A stretch of 64,000 nucleotides of DNA from Vitrella brassicaformis CCMP3155. Taxonomy: Eukaryota; Protista; Chromerida. A program made the translations under genes and the position numbers. Within the stretch, counting starts at the first letter, position 1. Each line of letters begins with the position of its first letter. The stretch covers positions 1 to 64,000 of the forward strand of contig CDMY01000929.1 in assembly GCA_001179505.1 (NCBI GenBank), given 5' to 3'. Below the pieces are notes generated by a model. That model was given only the letters and a program-made list of their open reading frames with translations, ran no database searches and had not been told where the DNA came from. Below are positions 11,082 through 22,224 of the stretch, one piece after another.

Positions 11082-11740
11082 TCACATCACACTGAGCACC
11101 TCCACTTCATCAGCCATGAAATACTGACTGCCCCTAAACAGAGCACGGCCATCCCCATCCCTCACCCCCACACAGGCCAAAGGCACATCGCGGCTGGAGA
11201 TGTACTGAAAGCAGCTACGCAAATCAGCAGCAGGGCTGCCCTCGTTGCCCAAAGACAACCACTCGATCATCAGCTTCTCCCGCCCCCCAGGCACTGTCCC
11301 GTCCGCCCAGTCACAGACACTGACTGGATACCTGCCGCCATCTGCCTCCTCCCGCGCAGCTACAGACACGAACTGCCTGCCTTCCATCATCTTGGTCGGT
11401 TTGTCGAAGTAGCGGTGAGGGAGAACTGCCACACATCACAGCAGTATGTATTCACTCTTCTTGGGTCATCTGGCAGCTCGATGCCGTCACTCATGTAAGC
11501 GCCGAACACCTAGCCGCCCTTCTTGATGGCAAATACCAGGCCACGGGCATCGCCCACACACCGCAGCATATCAGCATACGATGGTCCATTACGAGATGCT
11601 CTGCAGAGAGAAGAGATTGACAGATATACCACGCATCAAAGGCAAGTGTACCTGTAGATGAGCTTCAGTCTGATATTTGCGACTGTCAGTCCAAGGAAGC
11701 GATAGAGTGCAGCGGATTTGACGGGATCCAACGTTGAATC
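11082..11740 (-). pseudogene. TLDc-domain protein remnant, copy 1
   Basis: ..LRCVGDARGLVFAIKKGG*VFGAYMSDGIELPDDP..VWQFSLPHRYFDKPTK..LFRGSQYFMADEVEVLSV: TLDc core with an internal stop. Confidence 0.75.
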
Positions 11741-11849
11741 CTCGATCACCTGCGATGACAGACAACGATAGAGAGCATAGGTAGAATACTGATGCTTCTT
11801 CGTCTTGCTGATGTGTGTGTCACCTTTAGCGACCGAAGTGAGCGGCCGT

Positions 11850-12218
11850 CGACACGAATAACCTCCACTTCATCAGCCATAAAGTCCCAACTGCCCCCAA
11901 AGAGAGCATGGCCATCCCTACGCCTCACTCCCTCATAGCCCTCAGGCAATTCATCTCTGTCGATGTACTGAACGCAGTTGCCCATGTCACCGGCAGGGCC
12001 ACCCCCATGGCCTAACCACAAGCACCCACCGATCAGCACCTTCGCCCCCCCATGCACTATCCCCTCCCGGCCAGCCACATACACTGATTCCCGGACTTTC
12101 ATCATCTTGGTCGCTTTGTCGAAGTGGCCGGCCAGCGAGAAACGCCACAGACCACACTGGTAGCTGTCGTAGCTTGTTGGATCGTCGGGCAGTTCGATGC
12201 GGTCGTTGAAGTAGGCGC
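11850..12218 (-). pseudogene. TLDc-domain protein remnant, copy 2 (3' half only)
   Basis: AYFNDRIELPDDPTSYDSYQCGLWRFSLAGHFDKATK..LFGGSWDFMADEVEV, a paralogue of copy 1. Confidence 0.75.
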
Positions 12219-12310
12219 CTCGCCCTCACCCTTTCGCCTCTCAAATTCATCCACCAATTGCAGCCGCTCGCCGATTGTCACCTCGCCTGCATTCTTGGTG
12301 GTCACCCGAC
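12218..12310 (-). mobile_element. Short pogo-like transposase N-terminal fragment
   Basis: GEVTIGERLQLVDEFERRKGEGEA is near-identical to REVTIGERLQLADEFNRRKQSGEA at about 14100-14180. Confidence 0.65.
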
Positions 12311-13363
12311 GACAGACAGACCAGAGCATTCTACCTGTCTTGAAGTGAATACATTCCCTCTACCTGTGCGGCTTGTGGTGTCGTATGTCTTGCTTCGGGC
12401 AGGGAGGGCGGGAGGGACTCCGCGCGATACCGTGCGAGTCGCCGTCGACGCAGAAAGGGGCGACTGGTTCACCCACGCTGATCGCCGGCCGACCCATAGC
12501 TATCAGTGGATGTTTCAAAAAGGCCGACTCAGGGTCATCTGAAGCCGCTACACAATCGACATACAATTGCATCTTTGTCTGCACGGCTCTCGGCATGTGT
12601 TGTTTTTCCGCTCACGGGCAGACGATGACTGTTGGCGAGCGCCGCCCTCCGAACCGACGGGCGGCTCGACTCCCGCTGTCCGTATCTGCAGGACACAACG
12701 GACACAGTGATGTTAGATTAGCGCTCATTGGATGTCGTGTACACGCCGTATCCCTGTGGTGCATGTGATGGTCTTGTTTGAGGGCCCCATCTCGTTGGGG
12801 ACGTAAGGGATGTGAAACATCGACCATCCGTCAAGATACGCCCGGACACTGCAACCTGGATTGTAATGGTGACTTCGCTTGTGTTGCTCGAGAGCTGGCG
12901 GCCGAAATGACAGTGCGTCTGGTGTCACGCCGGCGGGCCGGAAGGCCATCTGCCAGCCACGGCCGAGAGTGCGCTTCACACATGATGCTTCGATCCACGC
13001 GTTACGGTGCTCAGCTGGGGCTTGCGGCTGAAAGCGGCTGCAGTCGAGATGGAGGTCGTCCCAGTGTTCGCTGAGGATTTAGAGAAACGCCTCTCCCATG
13101 GGCACAGCGGCCTCGTGGGCTCGCTCGTGCAGCGGTTGGCTGACAAGACCCTGCATGACAGCACAGACATGCATGCAGAGGGAGCCCACTGGCCCGTCTT
13201 GGCATCTTACCGCCCGATTGGCACTCTTTGCTTCATTCGATGGAGGGCCCAGAGGTTCAGCTGCACTGAAGTAGTGTGTAGCGGCGGCAGCCTCCTCGTC
13301 GGTGCCGACCGAGGAGGATGCGTGCGCAGGCGGGGGAGGCAGGGGCCTGGGCGGGGGATAGGG

Positions 13364-13663
13364 NNNNNNNNNNNNNNNNNNNNNNNNNNNNNNNNNNNNN
13401 NNNNNNNNNNNNNNNNNNNNNNNNNNNNNNNNNNNNNNNNNNNNNNNNNNNNNNNNNNNNNNNNNNNNNNNNNNNNNNNNNNNNNNNNNNNNNNNNNNNN
13501 NNNNNNNNNNNNNNNNNNNNNNNNNNNNNNNNNNNNNNNNNNNNNNNNNNNNNNNNNNNNNNNNNNNNNNNNNNNNNNNNNNNNNNNNNNNNNNNNNNNN
13601 NNNNNNNNNNNNNNNNNNNNNNNNNNNNNNNNNNNNNNNNNNNNNNNNNNNNNNNNNNNNNNN
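13364..13663. other. Assembly gap (300 N)
   Basis: Run of N flanked by G-rich sequence. Confidence 1.
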
Positions 13664-13779
13664 GGGGGGGGGGGGGGCTCTATGGCGGGCTGCTCGTCCA
13701 CTGAAGGCTGCTGAGGGGCCAAAGCAAGACCCTGACGACCAAAGGGGACAAGAAGTCGATGAAGCACCACCCTCACTGT

Positions 13780-14200
13780 GTTCTGTCCGACCTGCTGGTA
13801 TCGTTTCTTGACCGCTTTGATCCACGTGTCGCTCGCCGAAAAGCCACTGATGCCCAGCCGTACGAAGCCTGCATCGCCTTCTCCCTGATGGCCATAGGGG
13901 GGACGCTTGTGGGGTCATCATGGCCAGCCATCAACTGGCGGATCTCATCCTCAATCTGCGGATATTGCGGCGGTCTGTTGCGCCTCTTGATGGGATCCAG
14001 CACCTGCGTGCCCGCCTCCCTCTGTTTCTTGACGGCATAGTGCCACTCCTTGAACCGATGCGGATCCTTGCCCTTCTCCTTCGCAAACTGAGCCATCGAG
14101 ATGGCCTCGCCGCTCTGCTTCCGTCGATTGAATTCGTCCGCCAGCTGCAGCCGCTCGCCGATGGTCACCTCGCGTGCCCCATGAGTGGCCACCTGAAGGG
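13780..14200 (-). mobile_element. pogo/Tigger (Tc5, CENP-B-like) transposase DNA-binding region, truncated
   Basis: A first HTH (ERLQLADEF..SMAQFAKEKG..FKEW) is followed by RNRPPQYPQIEDEI..IREKA..ASYGW..FRR, typical of the HTH_Tnp_Tc5 domain. No intact DDE domain was seen. Confidence 0.75.
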
Positions 14201-14959
14201 ACTCAAACAAGACCATGGTGGTGCAACAGACAGAAGAGTGCCCCTCGCCCTCTCGCCTCAGCGACCTTTTGTTGCCCGACAGCCCCTTGTGCGCCAGCCA
14301 GGGGATGGGGAGGCGCTGCTGCTGCTGCCGGGCCATCGGCGACCGGTACACCCCTGCTGACAGCTGGTGACAAATCACTAGCTAGCGGTGGGCGCCCTGC
14401 AGTGCCATCTGACGACCGCACACAATCGACAGTTGTGGATGCGCGTCTGTATTCTGGCAACTCACTTGCAGACCCACCAGGTGCTCCCTGCTCGTGCGGC
14501 GCCAGTCGGTCACCATGCACATCTGGAGAACAACCAGGGCCTACCTCTGACTCAGCCGTTTCACTTGCCCACGTGTATGTAGGTTGCCGCTTACTCCGGG
14601 ACCAGAGTTCTTGCGGTCCAGCACCCGCACTCGCAGCCGCACCGCCTGGCGTCTGATTGAACGATGGATGGGGCCGTCCTGTCGGCTGCGCACACACGGG
14701 GGCGGACAGGTGTCAGGCAGACACGGCGGGGGACTGCTGTGTGCATGTACCTGGTGACGTGGCTCATGGTGGAGAGTTGCATAACGAACCCCATCACCAT
14801 GACCAGCCTGAGAAAACAAGAACCCATGGCAAGGCAGGGGCTCTATTGTTGCACAGTACCTGTGTTTGGGTACCCAGCGCCCTCACCGTGTCACCCTGAA
14901 CCATCACGCCACAAACAGAAGGATCAGCCATAGGGGCGATGTGTGGCGACACGCAGCAC

Positions 14960-15658
14960 CACCTGTGAGCGACTTTTGCCCACCTCGCTCATCAGGTCCC
15001 CTCTTTCGTCGAAATAATCAGCCCCGACTCATGTGCCTGCATTCCTTCGTAATTTCATTCTTGAATCTGGTCAGGATTGGCTTCATCGTCTTATCCACCC
15101 TCTGTCCACTTTCCCGTGTTATTTTTCTCTCCCCTCTGCTGAGCGCCGTGTGTTGTTTTCATTCCGCACCGGCACCTATACTTGTGCTGTCACAGATGGT
15201 CGGCTGACTCACCGGCCTCGTCTACTACGCTTCTGCCCATTCTGCGCTGCTACTTGCCCTCCCGCCAGCTGGCCCATGCCGTGCCGTGTGCCACCTGTTG
15301 AGGATGAGTTGCATGTGCTTTTCTATTGCCCGCTCTATAGCTCTCCACGTAGGGAGGTCTTTCGTGTTGTTCGCATGTATGGTTTGACTGCACCGGATGG
15401 TGTGGTGTATTTTTGGTGGGATCTTGCTCATTGTGATGCCCTGGTGTTCGCATGGTCCTTGCTTACTTCGCGCTCTCTCCCTATGCAACGTGCGTTGGCT
15501 CAGTTTCTTTTGATGGCTGTGGCTTCTGGCAAGCGATGGCTTTCTTTGCGCTCATCAGCTTAGTTTCCTCGATATGACAAACGCTTTTATGGACACAGCA
15601 TCTGCCCTCAGGGGCCGGGACCTCGGTGTCCGTTAACAAACGAACGAACGAACGAACG
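14960..15658 (+). mobile_element. 5'-truncated non-LTR retrotransposon (LINE): ORF2 C-terminus, 3' UTR and (AACG)5 tail
   Basis: FRTG..V.DGR..R..RFCPFC..VEDELHVLFYCPLY..R is the C-terminal Cys/His motif of LINE ORF2. The element ends in TTAAC-AA(CGAA)n at 15633-15658. Confidence 0.85.
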
Positions 15659-16299
15659 CAGGCGCAGATCGAAGCTCGCAAGCGTGGCGTCGATCTTCGC
15701 GGGGCAGTCCCAAAGTGTCTTCTTAGTTATTTTTCGGCATCCTCAGCCTCGTTTCTTTTTGGCTGACGATGCCATCGGCCTCTCCTCCCTCAGAGGGTCA
15801 CGTTGGTCTTTGTCCGGTCTTCGGCCGTGCCTATCTGGCGGTGGTCAGCTTTCTGACCTCTCCCCATCGTGCTGCCCGTCTTGGCAGTCATCTCACTATT
15901 TAGCCTTATCACCTCATCCAGTGGCGTCCTTCCCCTCTCTCGGCACGCCCTCCCCTTTCCCCTTGTGCCGCTTCTTGATCTTCGTATGAAGATTCGCACG
16001 CTGACGCCTTCTCTCAACTGACCAACATGACGAGATTTGCTCCTGCATCTGCTGGATGGAGTCGCCATCAGCGCCATCAGCTTTCCTGCCTTTGGGACAC
16101 GCGCTCTCCCCTCGGTCCCCCTTCGTCAGAGTGTGCTGAACCGGTGCAACCGCCCTGGTGATGCTGCAATGGTGTTTCCGTGGGGATTTGAGGGCGTATG
16201 CTTTGGTGCATGCTTCAGTTTTTGCACTGGCACCGTGCTTCATGCTATATCTTCTATATGTGGGCTGAGGCAGATACTCATGATTTGCCATTCGGGTGG

Positions 16300-17441
16300 T
16301 GTCTTGTGTGAGGCGGTCTATCACGTGTAGTCGCTGCGCCACCATGTCTTTTCTTTTGTGTGTGCATGCCACGCGTGTGGTTATACTTTGGCGTGCCTCT
16401 GCGCATTGAGATCAGGCTGGTGTCAGTTCATGTCAATGCCTCATGCCTGTATATCGTATATGGGACCCTTCTGGCCTTCATCTGTCTGTCTACCTTGCTC
16501 CCCCAGACTTCTACCTGCCTTTCGTATGTCGATTTTAGTGGTGGGGTGAAGCAACTGGTCATGGGTGTCATTCCTGTGGTCTCTCTGCCTGGTATCCATC
16601 CCATGTGGCGTATTGCCCGCGCCAAAGGGCGCCGTTTTCTTTATAGACCGTCGCCTTGCCAGTGAGACCACAAGTGTGTCATTGCATGCCAGGGCCTCAT
16701 GTCTATCTGGCCGTCCATCGATGAGGCGGGGCTGTCTCTGTCTGCCATCTATCTTCCTACTTAAGTCCAGTCAGGCCTCCCTCTACGTGTGACTGTCAGC
16801 TGCCTATTGACCCGGGCATACATAGAAAGGAGAGCCAGCTCGTGTGGCCCGTTCAATGAGTGTCGCTAACACAAGGCACTGACCGATGGTTGAGTGATCC
16901 GTAGGAAGGTAGGAGGGTAGGAATGCACCTTAGGCATCGTCTGTCTGCATGTTGTAGGGCGTAATGGCCTGTTTGGCTTTCCTTCTTTCTGTCCCTCTGC
17001 TGTCTTCCTGCCCTCCTTGCATATGGGTCCCGTGTGTACATGGGGGTGTGTTCATCTGATTGGTTGTTTGTTGCGTTTGATGGCTCAGTGGGCTTCATTC
17101 TTTTGCTTGCTTCCTCTGGCTTCTGTACACTTGCCAGGGCTTCTTGCTGTCGGGCGATATCGCCCATTCTTGTGTATGTAGCCAGGGGAAGTGTTCGTCA
17201 ACGTTCTACAAGGCGGTTAGTGCCCTCTGTTGTCATCTGAGTGTCGGCCGGTGCCAGTGCCTTTGGTGGTGGACCATAGGGGTGGGTGGATAGACAGGCC
17301 TTGTGCATACTTCGTGTGTGTGCATGCTGCCTGTTGGGTGTGTGCTGTGGACAGAGAAGATGTCCGGTAGCGCCGAAAGGCAGGCGCCGGGCTTAGGGAC
17401 AGGCGTCTCGTCAAACTCTTAACCGACCGACCGACCGACCG
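16300..17441 (+). mobile_element. Highly decayed LINE remnant with (ACCG)5 tail
   Basis: Degenerate RT-like motifs LSYVDFS (about 16520) and SMRRGCLCLPSIFLL (about 16720; compare GVRQGCPLSPxLF). It ends in TTA(ACCG)5 at 17419-17441. Confidence 0.5.
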
Positions 17442-17879
17442 ATGTTGGTGGACGCCCAGATGTTGTGTCATGTGCAGGTCTCTTCTCTCAGCGCAAGCCG
17501 AGCTCTTGGCAGGTGTTGTGCTCTGGAAGTCTGCTTTGGTGTTCCACCACTCTTCTTCTGCTCCTGCTGTGGGTGTGCTGTCGTCCTCGAGCCGAAATAA
17601 GATGACGCAAAGGCAAGCAAAAGAAGCTTCCCCTCCCAGTTGAAACTGTGAGTTGCAATGGATCGCGTGGTCTAGTAAGGAAATGGCCCGAATGGTGTAT
17701 TCAGGGATAGCCTTGTTTGGTAACGAGATGGTGGTCCGCCTGTTTGCTTCTTATTCATCCCGGTGTGTGGTGTCTGGCGCTTCTCATTCTGCTGCCCCTC
17801 CTTGTCATCATGCGGTTCTTCACTCGATTGTTCCCGCGCGGCAGTGCATTTCCTTGCCACGTTTGCGTCCTTGCGCCAG

Positions 17880-19100
17880 TGGTGCCACTGCTTGCCAGGC
17901 ACTACAGCGACCATCACAACCCCAGTCCGGCAGCATACGGGCCCAAGGCACCGGCTATCCAGCAGGAGCACGGCAATCACGGCGCTCAGGGACGTGTCAC
18001 GCAAGGTCAGGTGAGTCTCGTTGACCAGGCGGGCCGTGTGTTCGACGCGTACCTGCACGAGAAGGGAGAGACCTCGCTCAGCCTCATAGTGGTCGCGGCC
18101 GGATACTGCATCCTCATGCCCTGGCTGATGGCGGCGGCAGAGAGCATCGAGGGGTGTGAGGTGACTGTGGACGCCCACACCATCGGCTTTTACAGGGTGG
18201 ACATTCCGGGCCGGGAGAAGCACAACCACAAAAATCGCATCCATGTGGCCATCACAGGCCAGTGCAGTCTGCACGGGTAGGCAGGATGAGCTTTTGAAGG
18301 GGGTGCATGTCATATGTGTGTCTGAAGTGTGTGAGTGTGTCTCACTCGGGTCATGCACGCCAGTTGAAGGATGAGGTTGTACGAGCATCGCGAGAGCTCG
18401 GCCTCGGTCAACATGGGCGGCGGCTACACCAAAACCGCTTCTACACGGCCAAGCTGCAAGGAGCCAACATGAGTGGGAATTCTTCCTGCCTGTGCCAGCC
18501 CACGCCGCCAAGCCCTTCCTTCGCTGCTTCAGACGCAGCTTCATCAACGACGGGAGTGGTCAGGTGAGCCATGAGAACGTGGACCTGGGCATGGCCGAGT
18601 TGAGTGTTGTGATAGAGTTCGAATACGGCCGCGGCTGGTATGACTTCTACTACATGGACAAGCATAAGCTGCACCGCCTCGATAACTACGGTGAGCGCAG
18701 TGACCGACAGTGCTGGTAAGAGGTCTGATTGTGTGTGCTGTGTTACGTCGTGTGAGGGGATGGTTGCAGATGCATTCAACACTGTGTCCAACCTCACGCG
18801 AGGCTTCTCTGACGAAGGCCGGAGCACCGTGCAATTCCCCATCGACGACAGGGCACCCAACCTGGTCAGTCAGTCAGGAACAGACACGCATTGGATGGAT
18901 GGTAGATGGATGTGTGTATGTGTGTGTGGTCATACAGGACGGCCACCATGTGCCGACTGCCGGGCAGGGCAAGGAGCGGCTGCGCCAAGTCTCGCTCAAG
19001 ACCGCCCAGATATTCCAGAGCTTTGGCGGCGATTTCAACGCGATGACGAAGATGCCCATCGATGAGGCCTGCAAGTACATCATCACGGTGGTCGAGAGCT
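17880..19100 (+). pseudogene. Uncharacterised multi-exon gene, probably disabled
   Basis: Coding-like exons with canonical splice sites (..VTVDAHTIGFYRVDIPG..GQCSLHG; ..FYYMDKHKLH..; ..KYIITVVES*LNK). There is an in-frame TAG at about 19087, and the gene is cut off at the 3' end by an opposite-strand fragment. Confidence 0.6.
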
Positions 19101-19213
19101 AGCTCAACAAGTGAGCAGCACCAACCACCGACACAGACAGACACACCCACACGAATGCATCCAGATGTCGCTTGATTTGGTGTTTTGTGTGAGAGCGTGT
19201 GTGTGTGCACTTA

Positions 19214-19290
19214 CTTGATGATCCGGCCGTATTGGTTGAAGTGCGGCTGCAGGTCAGTCTCGGTCCACTCATTCGGCACCTGCACATACC
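19214..19290 (-). pseudogene. Isolated RRM exon (CELF/Bruno-like RRM start)
   Basis: AG|VPNEWTETDLQPHFNQYGRIIK|GTAAGT, flanked by splice sites; resembles RRM helix 1 (QVPRTWxExDL..F..YG). Confidence 0.5.
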
Positions 19291-19394
19291 GACACCAATG
19301 CCACACACACGTATACGTACGTACAAATGTCTCTCTGCCAAGGCAACGAGGGGACGAACGGCCCTCGGTCGTACATGGAATATGAAGATATTGG

Positions 19395-19429
<35 letters not shown>

Positions 19430-19444
19430 GCACACACAGAGACC

Positions 19445-19800
19445 ATACGCCCGTGCTCCATTCTCGCCGTGCTTCTGATGTGCTTCTTGAATCAGTCGCT
19501 TGGCCTTGTCTGCTGTCTGCAGGGCGAGGAAGCCGAACAGCCATCGGAGGTTCTTGCCGTTGGGATGGTCCTGCTCCACTATGATTTGCTGTCCCTGCTG
19601 GTTCATCACGGGCTGATTGTTTGCATCTAGCTATGGCGCGAGTATTCTCATCGGCGGGACATCTTCATCCTTGTTAGGTAGATAGACCTTCACATCCATC
19701 TCTCTTGCTGCTAGATAGGCTCTGAGGGTAAAGTCCCATTCGCGCCACTTGATGCCATTCTCGCCACTCCTGCCGGTAAAGACGGGGAAGATGGCCATGT
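19445..19800 (-). mobile_element. Ty1/copia-like gag N-terminal fragment
   Basis: MAIFPVFTGRSG..KWREWDFTLRAYL.. continues in frame through one TAG (19631-19633) to LFGFLALQTADKAKRLI..ENGARAY, like copia gag N-termini. It is truncated against a (GT)n intron. Confidence 0.6.
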
Positions 19801-20715
19801 CGCCATCTCTGTTGTCTTCTGGTGGTGGTTGTCTTTCTTCAGATACAGCTGGTACTTGACTGCTGCTGATGCTGCAGTACCAGTCAAATGAGAGCAAGCC
19901 TGCTGACAGACCTGTTCAGATCTGGCAGTCGGTTGGCGAGGGCTTCGGCTCAGATGAATAGGAACCAAGTCGCTGCGCCCATGTGCAAAAAAAGGCCGGT
20001 GAAGAGCTCTTCTATAGTAAGCTGAAGAGAGGATCTGTTAAGCGGTGAGTCCCAGAGTCAGATTGCTTTCACTTCAGTGAGGCTAATGGACTGGCCAGTC
20101 AGTAGTCGTTTCTGTCCACATGTAGCATCATGAGGGGTGGTCAACACAGATCTGCGTTCGGTGATGGCTGAAAAGGTTGTCTGCACTGCCAGACGCATAA
20201 GTTCCCTCGCGAACGCTTGCCTTCTAGCGCGCCCTTGCGTGAAACACACAGCGACCCTAGCTAACAAGCCTAGCCCACAAGTGGGTCGTCTTACTGTTTT
20301 GACAGGCTGTGAGCGTATCATTCCGCAACAATGCCTTCCCTTCCCCCCCGTCCATTCAGCTTGCCCCTCGATTATTCAACTGATCTTTGGGATTGCGTTC
20401 GTCGTTGCTTCAGGTGTGAATCTCGCTAGAGTGAACGGCGCGCCGCATTTGAAGCAAGAACCGCTGGAGGTACAGCTTACGGGAACTGCGTCCGGTCGGG
20501 TCTCAAAGCGACCCTTCACCTCGTAGCGCCCACCTCGACCGTAATGGAACGGAAGAAAGATTCGGTCCTGGGGTTCATTTCCTTGGCAGGTGAGCTCCGT
20601 CAGACGCGCGACTGCTTTCAGACTAGCGTTTGTCAGCCTAAAGCCTAAAACCTTTGAACACTTCCGAGCCCGGGTTTGTCTTGAATGCCTCTTTCGCTTC
20701 TTTCCTGGCAGGTTG

Positions 20716-21080
20716 GATGGATTATGGCGATGATGAGAATCTGGGTGGATGACTACTTTTTGGCGGGTGATGGTGTCCAGCATGGAATTCAACAAATCCA
20801 ACGGACCTGTGGATTATGGCGATGATGAGAATCTGGGTGGATGACTACTTTTTGGCGGGTGATGGTGTCCAGCATGGAATTCAACAAATCCAACGGACCT
20901 GTGGGATTGTACGAAGTACTGGCCAACGGGTGAGTCGTTTTCTCGCGGCGGGAAGGGTGGAGACTGCTCGAATATCTCCTAAGTCCAACAACTACAAGTT
21001 CTCAAAGGTTTTTATTGGGAACTTCGTGAGGAACAATACGTGCCCCCGTAGGGAAGAGGGACCAGGAGCGAGTTAGACGA
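20716..21080 (+). mobile_element. Ty1/copia-like RT fragment containing a 92-bp tandem duplication
   Basis: MMRIWVDDYFLAG..STGQRVSRFL..SNNY resembles the copia RT YVDD region. 20718-20809 is repeated exactly from 20810. Confidence 0.6.
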
Positions 21081-21639
21081 TATGTCAGCGAGTTAGACGA
21101 TACGTTAGGGAATGGAAAGCGCGTCGACCTGCAGGTTTATTCAATGTCAATTTCTTTCCAATATACACATCTCTCTCTGTTCCATCGTATGATTCAGAAA
21201 TGCGAGAGCATCATGCGGCCAAACGAGAGGACGTCGGCGACTATGGAGCTCAGCAAGAACGACCCAGAATTCAGCGGCTCGATTTACTTCAGAGTGGGGA
21301 AAGATGAAAGCGGACCGCTGTCGGACACACGGGTGGGCTACGGGTTAAGGGTGAAGACGAAGTATAATGGCGCCACGCTTTCTGGGCAGTTCCGATAAAT
21401 CCGTTATGCCCTGGGAACCGAGGACAAGGTCAGGGGTTTTACGAGCATGAAATTTTCAACCAAGGCCGCGAAGATCAGGGGATCTTGAAGTTGAATTCGG
21501 AGGAGGAAGAGTTGAAAGTCCACATCGCCAGTCATTCCTCAAAGAAAGGCGAATATGAATTTTGGCAGCAGCTTTTGATTCTTGTTCTAAGCCTCGGCTC
21601 CGCCCTTTTTTCACTTCATGCTTTGAGATCGCGCATGAA

Positions 21640-22180
21640 GTGTGCAAGACGCGAGGGAAACAGGCGGAGGCAGAGGCACAGGCGGCACAGGCAGGGGCAT
21701 GTGCGGCGAGACAAGCGGCAGAGGGAGCGAGAGATGCGGCAGGGAGAGCGGAACGGACGGCACAGGCAGCGGCACAGGCGCCGCCGCACAGGCGGTGGCG
21801 CAGGCGGTACAGGCGGTGGCAAAAGCGGTACAGACGGCAGAGGCGGCGGCACAGGCGGCGGCACAGGCACAGGCGGGACAGGCGGCTTAGGCGCGACAGG
21901 TCGCGGCACGGGCAGTGGGACGGGCACAGGCGGCGGCACAGGAAGCGCATGTGGCGGCACAGGCGGGACAGGCGGCGGCAGAGGCGGGAGAGGTTGGCAC
22001 AGCCGCCGGGGGTACAGGCGGTATGGGTGGCACAGGCGGCAGAACAGACGGCACAGGCACCTGCGGCACAGGCGGCGATACGGGCGGCACAGCAGGCAAT
22101 ACGGAAGGCACAGGCGGCGGCACAGACAGAATGCATAGGTGGCGGCATAGGCGGCGGCACAAGCACAGGCGGCACACTGA
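21640..22180 (+). repeat. GGCACAGGCGGC-based minisatellite; frameshifted Ala/Gln-rich coding remnant
   Basis: The AQAAAQ-rich frame passes across ORFs 21562.., 21642.., 21915.. and back again, with homopolymer-free shifts. Confidence 0.8.
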
Positions 22181-22224
22181 CTTACTCGATAGTAGAGTCG
22201 TAGAGCCGATACCTGAAGTTAGAG

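Noticed and set aside
13079-13921. Long ORFs crossing N-runs (also 34503-35819 on + and 53155-54927)
   Set aside because: Their length is inflated by X residues from 300-N gaps. The plus-strand 34.5-35.8 kb ORFs are antisense shadows of the acidic-repeat gene.
19950-20000. Possible copia LTR end and primer-binding site upstream of gag
   Set aside because: Only a loose TGG.. resemblance; no second LTR or clear tRNA complement was found.
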